From the NCBI GenBank assembly GCA_977862235.1, contig OZ374557.1:4030001-4094000 (forward strand): DNA of 64,000 nucleotides. The letters are read 5' to 3'. Position 1 is the first letter of the stretch, and each line of letters opens with the position of its first letter. This DNA comes from Dudresnaya verticillata. Taxonomy: Eukaryota. A model generated the notes under the pieces. That model did not search any database. It was not told the DNA's origin and saw only the letters and a list, made by a program, of their open reading frames with translations. Positions 12,934-22,734 of this stretch are shown in pieces. Position numbers and translations under genes: made by a program.

Positions 12934-15900
12934 CTTCAAAACGGTACGCGTGCAGACAGGTGCTAAGTTGCAAATGAAGTGGACACACCACGTTGAAGAG
13001 TCGGGTTCAGGAGTCGATGCCACAGTAGACACCGCGCACACAATGGGAGTACTGTACGACACGGAATAGCATCTCATTGGTCAGGCACGATATTAATTAT
13101 CGCAGCACCAATCAGACACACCCTACGCGCACCCACTCACCCTAGCGGTCGGCCGCAATTGATCACCTTCGTCTCTCTCGAAGTCGAATACGGCTAAGTC
13201 AACAAAGGCAAGCATGCCGAAAACGGAATTCCGTAATGACTACCCCGAGCCGCCAACGGCCTTGAGCATCCGTTCCCCATGAAGTGGGGAACTCCTTCGC
13301 ACAGGTCGCATACGAAAAGTGAATTCCCGCATCGCAGAATGTTCGCGTCAAAACCGACGCGACGCTCCCTATCCCTCTATGTGCGGTGTCCCACAGCACT
13401 CCCTTTACGCCAGGCCATGGGGGAACACCCCTACAAAGGCCACAGAAAACCGCTGTTGTCGCCTGCGAGTCGTCTACGGCTGAATCTACAAAGGCAATTA
13501 GGCCTGAAACGGAATTCCGTGATCGCCAAGCTGAGCCATCGATGGCCTTTCGTACACCCCAATTGGGGTACCGTTAACGGTAGGGGAATGCCCCCACACA
13601 CGCGGCGCGTGCCGCCACATCTTTCACAAAAAGTGGTATCCCACACGACAGGGCGTCCGCGACCAAGCCAATAGGCATCAACCGGTATCGATTGGCATCA
13701 ATATCGCGCGGCATTCCACTCCTCTAGACGACGTCCCGACTCACTCCGTCGAATTCGACTAGGTGTTGGCGGACCCACTTGGGCTCGCCCTACCACTCGA
13801 CTGCGTGGGGAGAAACTGACGTTGGTGGGTTAGCGCACAAGCACTCCTTCTGCAGATACCTGCTGAGGCTAAATTGGCGTGGCCAGACCACAAAGAGAAG
13901 ACGGTGCCACAGTGCGGACAGCCTCTGTCAATTACGTACTGTACACCATACTTCAGACTGCGATTGGGTGCCGTTTGAACAAATTTTAATTTTGGCCAAT
14001 CAGATGCTATGATTTAAGGAACTGCTACGCTGAGTGATATCGAGCTCGGCATAAGTCGCTCCACCGACACAAAGTCGATTTTCGACTAAGTGCCTGCCTC
14101 GGTATGCGGAAAACGGATATCCGTAGCCCTTCCCTTAAGCTGGCAACGTCCAGATCCGCGACCACCCCGACACGATGGGGAAGTCCCCTGAGGAAGTCGA
14201 TACGGCGTATCGACGATGGTTTCCCAATGGCGTGCGCTTTTCTGCGCCTGCTCAAGTGCAGTTCGGCACTTACCCGTCAAATTAGAAATCGATGCAGTTG
14301 AACCCCCTGCACTACAAGCCGAAATGGAACCATCCCAATAAACCCCCTTCAACCACCTTGGAATTGGGGGGCCCCGTTGGACGAAATCTTCATGCCTTTG
14401 AGGTACCCCTTTTGGGCACCCTATCCAGGAAAACCCCGTTTGTATACTGCTCAGGAGCTCCTGCTCGCCCCTAATCCCTTTTTTGTCACGATATCCGCGC
14501 TTGGGAATTTCCCAACAACTCTACAAACGAGAATTCTCGTTGTTCGGCGTAGTAGCAGCCCGCTTTTGTTCGCCGTCGTCCTCGACAGAAGTGGAGTGTT
14601 ACGGGTTTGACCCGATAGGCCTATACTGGCCCAGACGGTCCCAACGACCCCTGCCAAGACGAAGTCGTCACGAAGAAGAAAGCCTCCTTGAAACGCCTAC
14701 CAAGTGGCGTATCTACAAAACGTTTCCCGGAATTCCGGTTCGAAGCCCAAATATCCTTGGCTTGTTGATTTCAAATTGCAAATAGTTGCAAAATGGTGCT
14801 CTAGGGACGTTGAAACTACTCGGGCGACGGGCTATGGAACTGAAAATGTTGTATTCAACTGGTCTTTAAGTCTGGCGTACGCGCCTTGAGCTGCTGCATT
14901 TTTATGGCCGTGAAATGGGGAATACCCCAATGCATTTGACCGCGGACGCGATTCCGCAACAACCACAATCCGGAATTGTCGCATTTTTCCCATCGCGCTC
15001 GGTTCGCTATCGGGCAAATCGAATATTGGGGAACGCCCCATGCCGAAGTCTATTCGTGGATTCCCACGTTAGCTAGCTGTTAGCAGCTGCTATTCTGCGC
15101 GGAGATCCGCCTTTCTCCCGCATATATTCGCCGTGTTCGGCTCTTTTCTGTTTTATCCCCGCGTTGGGGCCCCGGATGCTCCGGTCGATAGCAGATTATG
15201 CCGGTATTCGGCTTTGAAGGCAGTCACAGGCGCCAACGCCGAGGTTTCGGCGACTCTGATTGCGCTGGGACTTGTCGGTTTTCGACTTCATGCTCTTTTG
15301 AAGTGCGCAATGCTGCACAAGGGAAATGTCTCATACACGGCCCATCTATGAATCAAATCGTACAGGGCCGCAAGAGACCGGAAGAGGGGCCGCGACAACC
15401 CCTGAGTAGCCGAAATGTTACCACAGTTACTGTAATTTGCCTACAGCGGTCCGGACCGGGCGGTCCACTGGAGGACCAATCTGGGCAAGAGAAGGACCAA
15501 TCGGTCCCCCTCGTCGACCGATTTGAGGAAACTGGTTGCGCATGGGAAGTAAGGTTTCGTAAGCACGAATACAACAAGAGGTTGTGCGGTACAAGACGTC
15601 TACCAGCCGACACCATCTGCTGATGCCGAGAATAAGTTTAGAAGTCCCAAACATGACGAAATGGCCCTATTGCAGTATGTGCCTGCTGAGGGACACGATG
15701 AAATATTAAGTGGTATACCCACATGGTGTTGCGCATGTGCATCCAAGCACATGATGCGAAGACGGGGAACCCCCACCCCCTAAAATACCGAGGGTCGCGC
15801 CAGTTGTTCCAAAGTTCCGAAGGTGTATTGCGGTTCGTCCGCTTGCAGTACTGACATCGCCATGATGACCAACGCCGGAAGCAGACAATCTGCAAATTCG

Positions 15901-16030
15901 CGAACCGGACGGGGAAGTCCCCCATTTTCGAAAGGGCCCCCTGTTTCCTCATAGGGGCGAGCTCAGACAGCGGAAATCCGCATTCAAGATAGAGTTATTG
16001 GGTTGGGCTCGCAGGGGCTCACCTCTTAAC

Positions 16031-16039
16031 GGGGGGAGA
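16031..16039 (+). promoter_or_regulatory. Polypurine tract of B
   Basis: GGGGGGAGA directly before the LTR start. Confidence 0.85.
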
Positions 16040-16655
16040 TCTGGTGCAATTCACCGGTGCTCATTTGCCTCAAATCGCGGACTCCCGGCCAGTAATGCAC
16101 TTGGGGACTGCCCCTGCAAGGCGCCCGTCCTGTAAGTCCTGCGCGCCGGTGGCAACGGGTGGCGGATTATGGTGGCGGATCTTCGCTACTGTACGCACTG
16201 TCAGCCACCCTTAATTTTAGTTAATTTTAGTTAATCCCTTTTCGCGTGTCACGAATCCCCAAATGGCGCGCTCCCTTCCCCACTTCATTTGCGGCGCACC
16301 CGCATGCACATAGTATATTAGAGCTAGGGGCGCGCCCTCATTCAGTAAACAAGCCAAGCTCGGGCTCTACGACACATACCTCCCTACCCTTGACCGACAC
16401 CCTCGTCGTCAGGAGGGACTCCAGTGCGTGCGTACCCCTTCTTCATCATACAGAACCCTGTTTTCCGCTTTTTCCTTTGCTTTTCCGCTATTTTAGGGTT
16501 CCTCCCTTTTTCTTTCGTCTCGTGGCGTTTTACAGTCGAGCTACGGGGCTACTCCCCACGCTCTACCACACAACCCCCTACTACCGCTACCTGCGGGTCC
16601 CGAACGCCTGAGGTGTGTCCTCTGTTGTTGTTTTCAGCAGTGGATTTGCACCACA
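16040..16655 (+). repeat. Shared LTR: 3' LTR of B and 5' LTR of C
   Basis: Preceded by a PPT and followed by a PBS. TCTGGTGCAA...TTGCACCACA. Direct repeat of 8810-9423. Confidence 0.92.
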
Positions 16656-16657
16656 TT

Positions 16658-16675
16658 TGGTCTCCCGACCTAGAA
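16658..16675 (+). promoter_or_regulatory. Primer-binding site of C
   Basis: TGGTCTCCCGACCTAGAA, 2 nt after the LTR terminal CA. Confidence 0.92.
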
Positions 16676-16771
16676 GTTCGGAAATTCCGATTGGCTACGT
16701 TATCTACGCTACAGCTACGGAACTAACGTTCTTCACATTCTACCTTCTACATATATCGCAGAATTTCTGCC

Positions 16772-19228
16772 ATGCCACTCCGTCGACAGCCGTCGTCGGC
16801 AAGGTCCGCCCCATCGCAGCCCGGAGCTGCTGTGGTTACGCGAGCTCGTGCGCAGGCAAGTCCTGCGGTCCAAGCCGCCTTTTCGGCAATGCTCAATGAG
16901 GGTGTTCCTCGTGTACCACCCTCGGTGGAGATAGTACCTCCTGACCCAGCCGGGGCTCTCCCGACTGGCCAGGTCCAAGGCAGGCAGCCGACATCTCCGC
17001 CTTCGCCGCCCATTCCACCATCGCCGATTTCGGCATCACTTCCGCCTATTCGGGAATGGGGTGTCATCCCAAGTCATTCGGGATACACCCGTCACCACGC
17101 GGATATCCGCTCTGCCGTCTGGTCCGAACAATGTACATGGCCACCACAGAGGAACTCCTCATATCCTGATCCGCCCCCTGCGGCGTGTCTTTCTCCATCC
17201 ATGCGAGGGTCTGAGACAGTCTCGTTACCTTCGGAAGACTCAACCTGGTGCTCACCCACCTCATCACGGACCTTCAGGTCGCCACAGTCGTCAAGCGACA
17301 ATTGCAGCAGGTGCTTTTCACCTTCGGAATCATCGACCTTCTCCTCCATGAGAACATCCTCTTGCTCTTCCTTGTGGAGTTCCACATCGTCGGACCTGAG
17401 CAACCCTTGGTCTGACAGCGAGACCGAGACGATCCCGGTTACAAACCATCATAACAGTGGGTATCTCCACATGTTCGACGCACTTCGTGAACACGAAGAG
17501 GATCTCGTCATGACGACTCAACCGGATTTACCGGAGTACAGGGGACATCAGCTATGCAGCCAGCGCCCTAAAAAGCGTGACGCCAACATTCGTCCAGTCA
17601 GCATCAGATGGAGACCTGCTCCAGAAACCGGGGAAAGACCCCTTGTACCTTCGCACGTTGAACTTCAACATTCTCGGTCACAACCTGCGGAAGTCGGCAC
17701 TGCCATTGAAATGGCAACTGACATCCCGACTCATCGCTATGAGGAAATCCTCCCACACCGCGCCCGTCGAGTCCTCACACGGAGAATCACGAGGCATTCC
17801 TCTGTACTGACAAGGGACTATGCCCTACGACGACCCTGGAGAAGACTTCCACAGCGTGCTAAGCGGGGAATACGCAACATGCGTGGACGGAATGCTGCGG
17901 TCTATGCCGATTTCGGCTTATCAAAGGTGTCTGTGACACGTTCTTTCACGGTGCTAGACACTTGTTCTGACCCGAACCTTATTCGGCAGTCGGAACTACA
18001 ACGGGTACTCCCCGAAAACGAAGCAACAGTGCGGTACGGTCCGCTGCTAGACTACCGAGACGAACGCGGAAAGCCGCTGAATACCTTCGGGATTACCAGC
18101 CTTCATGTGGCCATCGGTGACATCCATACGGAGGTTGACTTCATCGTTGTTGGAGATCTCTCCGTGCCTGCCGTATTCGGCGCTGACTTTTGTGACAATT
18201 TCGTCGAGGCCATATGGCCTGCCCGGAGAAGTGTCGAGTTAGCTTCCGGACTCTCCGTTCCAATAGTTCGGAGAATGCACAAACGCGTGCTTCGGGGACC
18301 GCACCTTCCAAAATCTCAGGAGTACTCTCCACTTCGCGGTCGTGTATCGCCTAAGATGCGAGTCACCCGTCCCGTTTGGCTGCTCCCGCAGGCGACGACC
18401 TGGGTCGAAGTGATGACAAAGCGCCATGGTATTCAAGTGGTAATCCCACAGTCAAGTTTCCTGAAAGAGCACTCGTGCGCTGTTCACGCGGGCGTTGTTC
18501 AGGTTGAACCTGACAAACCCTTCCTGGTGCTTGTCACCAATTTCGGTCAGCTACCACAGAGGGTTTTTCCTCAGCAAGTCATTGGCAAACTCGCGCCACA
18601 TCCCAGCATGCGGTTGTCCCTGTCTAGTTCCCTCGCGGACCCGTTCGACGAAATGGGAATTCCCAATGCTAGAGTTCGCCTTTCTGACGGCTCTACACTC
18701 GACGGTTTTGACTACCGGAGCATCATTGTGGGAAAGCCACTTGATACTGGGAAATCGTCACGCCGGACAGAGGTGTCCAGGCAACGGCAGTGTGGTGCCA
18801 ATCCACAATTATTGGGACTGCCAGATAGTCCCAACCAAAAACAGAGCGATTTCGCTACTTTGTATACTTGGGGACCACCCGAACTGATTCCTGCTCCCGC
18901 TTCTCAAGCAGCAGCAGAATTACATATTGTGGGTGGCCACGATAATTCTGACGAGGAATTCTCGAGTGGAAGATCATCGCGGAAATCCGCAAGCACCTGG
19001 GGACAAGCCCCTTTCGCAGACTTTGAATCAGAGCAATCAAGCGGAAATTGTTCCGCAGTCTCCGGAAAGCGGGGGAAAGTTCCCATTCCGCAAACGCCGA
19101 TAGTGCGAACGGGATTTCCCGAGGAAAACGCGTTGGCGATGGCACTTCCCGACGGGATTACCCGACAGAGTTGGCAGCCACAAGCTTGTGGCAATTGGCA
19201 TCTCCAGATGCGTTCCGTCAGGAAGTAG
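16772..19228 (+). CDS. 818-aa retroelement ORF: Gag N-terminus + Ser-rich region + aspartic-protease-like domain (DTC) + dUTPase-like fold + unknown tail
   Basis: Uninterrupted ORF from an ATG ~100 nt after the PBS. VLDTCSDPNLI and VFGADFCDNFVEAI match the protease of A and G. Comparison with B suggests the ancestral frame ran to ~19473. Confidence 0.75.
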   Translation: MPLRRQPSSARSAPSQPGAAVVTRARAQASPAVQAAFSAMLNEGVPRVPPSVEIVPPDPAGALPTGQVQGRQPTSPPSPPIPPSPISASLPPIREWGVIPSHSGYTRHHADIRSAVWSEQCTWPPQRNSSYPDPPPAACLSPSMRGSETVSLPSEDSTWCSPTSSRTFRSPQSSSDNCSRCFSPSESSTFSSMRTSSCSSLWSSTSSDLSNPWSDSETETIPVTNHHNSGYLHMFDALREHEEDLVMTTQPDLPEYRGHQLCSQRPKKRDANIRPVSIRWRPAPETGERPLVPSHVELQHSRSQPAEVGTAIEMATDIPTHRYEEILPHRARRVLTRRITRHSSVLTRDYALRRPWRRLPQRAKRGIRNMRGRNAAVYADFGLSKVSVTRSFTVLDTCSDPNLIRQSELQRVLPENEATVRYGPLLDYRDERGKPLNTFGITSLHVAIGDIHTEVDFIVVGDLSVPAVFGADFCDNFVEAIWPARRSVELASGLSVPIVRRMHKRVLRGPHLPKSQEYSPLRGRVSPKMRVTRPVWLLPQATTWVEVMTKRHGIQVVIPQSSFLKEHSCAVHAGVVQVEPDKPFLVLVTNFGQLPQRVFPQQVIGKLAPHPSMRLSLSSSLADPFDEMGIPNARVRLSDGSTLDGFDYRSIIVGKPLDTGKSSRRTEVSRQRQCGANPQLLGLPDSPNQKQSDFATLYTWGPPELIPAPASQAAAELHIVGGHDNSDEEFSSGRSSRKSASTWGQAPFADFESEQSSGNCSAVSGKRGKVPIPQTPIVRTGFPEENALAMALPDGITRQSWQPQACGNWHLQMRSVRK

Positions 19229-20250
19229 AAGTGGCTCCTCGTGTTAGGCAATTGCCATTCGGGGAATCCCCTGTTACCGTTCGTCCCGTACCCGAACGCG
19301 AAGTCAAGCCGAATGATTGCCGAAAGCCGGCTATTCTCGGACTTGGTCGCAGAATTGCGAAGCACCGGACCGGTCTACCGATCAGGGACTGCTCTCCAGG
19401 CTCGGGGAAAGGATTGGCTGTTGCCATGGCCCCAGATAATTCTGTCCAATCATGTCCCATAATTTGGCAATAGTCACCCTGGGCCCCGGCAAGTGCACCA
19501 CCGTGCGTCCCACCGACGTGAAGTCTTATTTCGACTAAGTCCGAAACGGGCTACACGAAAAACGGATATCCGTAGATGCTGCGACTAACCGGCAACGGCG
19601 AGGTCAGCAAGCAACTCCGCATGATAGGGAAGTACCCTGAGGAGGCTGATGCGGAATACCGTTGTCGGTTTTCCAACGGCTTCGCCTGTCCGGTTACTGG
19701 ATAAGCCCGTTTCATCGCGACACATGCGGCTTCATCCGCCAAAACTTCGCCCTCAAATGGAATCATTCCATACTTTCGCTTTACCTGCCGTGTGCAGTAG
19801 AGGGGCTCATTGGGCGAACAAGCCACACATCAGCGGGTCTACGCTGCGCTACGAAGTTCATCGCTCCAGCGGCAATCCGCAGTCAAGAAACAGCGCAGCA
19901 AGTCGCCTCCGATAACTTCACCCTGTGGGGCCCCGCCCATCCGGATGGCTTCGTGCGCAATTGCAGCACCCAGGGAGCGATTTCGCAACAATACCGCGGA
20001 TGGCCCGCAAAGCGCTCACGCTGGTTCCGGTGCAGCTTCTGGAATATCCAGTCAACTCCCCACTACGCGGGACGCCGCTCTCCAGGAACCGCCGTAAGGC
20101 GCTCTCAGACGGAGCCGTCGAATTTCGGCAACTCTGGCGTCGCCCGCATCGCGGCATGACACGCTGCAAGAGGATCTCCCTCACCCACCTGGGCCCGATG
20201 TCGCGCTGATACAAGCGCCAGGCCATAATGCGGACACCCCGCAACACGAC

Positions 20251-20448
20251 GAATATGTCATTGAAAAAGTAGTAAGCCACGGATATTTTGACACAGCACT
20301 TCCGTTTGAGATCAAGTGGTACGGATGTCCGTTCGCGCCGCAGACATGGAAACCCATTCACAACTTGCCGCGGAGTCAAACCGCATCCTATCATAACATG
20401 ACGCGGCTTGGTGTACCCGCTACGATGAGTGTGGCCATGGCGGGATAA
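20251..20448 (+). pseudogene. Isolated chromodomain reading frame in C (stop-free from 20098, no ATG ahead of the domain in that open stretch)
   Basis: EYVIEKVVSHGYFDTALPFEIKWYGCPFAPQTWKPIHNLPRSQTASY...MAG*. In frame with ORF 19810-20097 across one TAA. Confidence 0.82.
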
Positions 20449-22101
20449 ATCCACGGCGAGACTCATGCAGGGCATCTGCTCAGTTCGAATCGTTGCGGAC
20501 TTAGCCGCGTTGGGGAGATAGACGAGCAACTGCAATGTACCAGTCGTCCCAGCGACTCGGGGACTGTACGCCAAGATTGTGACTGCGATTGGCTGCCGTT
20601 TAGCCAAAATTAATTTTAGCCAATCAGGCACCGGAATTTCGGCAGCAGTCACCCTCGGTGGTGTCGAGCTCGATATCAGTCCCTCCACCGACAAAAAGTC
20701 GAATTTGGACTAAGTGCCCGACTGGGTATGCCCGAAACGGAATTCCGTAATGACTACCCCGAGCCACCAACGGCAATGAGCATCCGCCCCCCCATGGATT
20801 GGGGGACGCCTTTGCGCAGGTCGTACACGAGAAGTGGAATCCCACATCGCGGAACGTTCGCATCAAAACCGACGCGACGCTCCCTACCAATCTAATGTGC
20901 GGCGTCCCGCAGAACCCATTAATGAAATCACATGGGGGAACACCCCTACAAAGGCCTCAGCAAACCGCTGTTGCCTCCTCAGAGTCGGCTACGGCTGAAG
21001 CTACAAAGGCAATTATGCCCATAACGGAAATTCCGTAATCGCTAAGCTGAGCCACCAATGGCCTTGCGTACACCCCAACGATAAGGGGGTGCCGCCGCAT
21101 GCGGGTGCACCCGCGGCACCTACCGCTACATCATTCGCAACAGTGGTATACCACACGGCCGAAAGTCCGCGCCCAAGCCCATCGGCATCAACTGACACTA
21201 TGCCACGCGGCAATCCGCTCCGCTGAACGACGTCCCGTCTCACTCCGTCGAACTCGACTAGACGTTGGTGGGCCTACAGGAGTTCACCCTAGCTTTCTCA
21301 ACTACTCGGAGAGACGCTAACGTCTTTGAGTTAGATTGTACGATAAGCACAATCACACCCCGCAGCAGATGTCTGTACAAACAATTAATGTGGCCAGACC
21401 ACAGTGCGGACAGCCTCTGTCAATCACGTACTGTACGCCATACTTCGGACTGCGATTGGGTGCCGTTTGGACAAATTTTAATTTTGGCCAATCAGATGCT
21501 GGAATTTAGGGAGCAGTCACCCTCGGTGGTGTCGAACTCGGCATGAGTCGCTCCACCGACACAAAGTCGAATTTCGACTAAGTGCTTTGCCCGGTATGCG
21601 GAAAACGGATGTCCGTAACCCCTTCATTTAGACAGCAACGTCTGGATCCGCGCCCACCCAAACAAGATGGGGAAGTCCCCTGAGGAAGCCGATACGGTGT
21701 ATCGCCGATGGTTTCGCTATGGCGTGCGCTTTTCTGCGCCTACTCAAGTGCAGTTCGGGACTTACCCGTCAAATCAGAAATCCATGCAGTTGAACCCCCT
21801 GCCCTACACGCCGAAATGGAACAATCCCATTACACCCCTTTCAACCACCTTGGAATTGGGGGACCCCGTTGGACGAAATCGCCATGCTTTTGAGGAACCC
21901 CTTTTGGGCACCTTATCCAGGAAAACCCCGTTTGTATACTGCTCAGGAACTCCTGTTCGCCCCTACTCCGCTTTTTAGCACGATGTACGCGCTTGGGAAT
22001 TTCCCAACAACTCTACAAACGAGAATTCTCGTTGCTTGGCGTAGCCGAAACCCGCTATGCACAGCGCCAGCTTCGTCCTTGACAAACGCGGCGTTTTACG
22101 G

Positions 22102-22619
22102 TGTAATACAGTGAAGGGCTTACAGAATTGGGCCCTCTGCCCGCGTGTATGCGCTGAAATAGCGTTACCTATAGGGCGCCAGCAGGGACAAGATGGATAG
22201 CCTATGATTGGTCCAAGTGTCACCCTGCAGGTCAGTAGCTTAGTATCTGTGTATTTATTTTAGAAATTATAGCTTAGGATAGGGGGCGTGTATATAGCCC
22301 AGTATGAGGGGTGCTGCCTGACAGTCGGAGTACCATATAAGGGTATCTCCCGTAGCGGTCACTGAACAGTAAAGGTAAGCACCTTCCGGCCCAACTACGT
22401 CTCCAAGCTATCGGCACCGCAGCACACTTGTCACCCGTGCCCGGTTAACCGCCCGCCCAGTGAACTACCTTCAGTATCGTGCTTCCAATCAGGTTACGTG
22501 CCCTCGTCTACCCTCTGGGTTCCTCCCGCTCTACCACCGCTACCAGGTACCCGCTCTGTGGCTTTCTCATTGAGTGCACTCTTTGAGTTCAAAAAAGACC
22601 TAAAAGGCACTTCCTTACA
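22102..22619 (+). repeat. 5' LTR of D (518 bp)
   Basis: TGTAATACAG...TTCCTTACA, direct repeat of 31455-31961. Confidence 0.95.
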
Positions 22620-22621
22620 TC

Positions 22622-22639
22622 TGGTCTCCCGACCTAGAA
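22622..22639 (+). promoter_or_regulatory. Primer-binding site of D
   Basis: TGGTCTCCCGACCTAGAA. Confidence 0.92.
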
Positions 22640-22734
22640 CTTAAAGGTTGGTGAGCCGTTAAGAGGACGACGAATATCGTAACCCAATTGGATATTGAAG
22701 AAAATCAACCCAGCAAGGCCCCTGTTACTCCAAG

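Larger units (their letters stand above)
8810..16655 (+). mobile_element. Element B: non-autonomous LTR retrotransposon lacking RT, RNase H and integrase core
   Basis: Two similar LTRs (8810-9423, 16040-16655), PBS at 9426, PPT at 16031. Internal region has a Gag N-terminus, a protease-like region and a chromodomain remnant. No YxDD or integrase motifs seen in any frame. Confidence 0.9.
16040..22101 (+). mobile_element. Element C: second, tandem copy of the B family, cut at its 3' end by element D
   Basis: Colinear with B up to the position equivalent to ~14604, where the D LTR begins. Confidence 0.9.

Noticed and set aside
14701..15806. Possible hAT/MITE with ends CAAGTGGCG / CGCCAGTTG inside B
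   Set aside because: Only a 9-bp imperfect match and no flanking 8-bp TSD.
12547..15922. GGGGAANNCCCC motifs resemble NF-kB sites
   Set aside because: Nothing indicates an animal host. Reported only as an unassigned palindromic motif.
17064..17403. Acidic minus-strand ORFs opposite the Ser-rich part of B/C (also 9820-10143)
   Set aside because: Expected shadow of TCN-rich codons, short and without motifs. An inverted captured fragment cannot be fully excluded.
20321..20332. ACGGATGTCCGT as another module palindrome
   Set aside because: It lies in chromodomain codons (YGCP) with no CCAAT pair upstream, so it is probably coincidental.
12001..21616. Repeat modules or the 48323 duplication as a CRISPR array
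   Set aside because: Units are ~0.9-1.2 kb apart or only two copies, there are no cas genes, and the context is eukaryotic retroelements.
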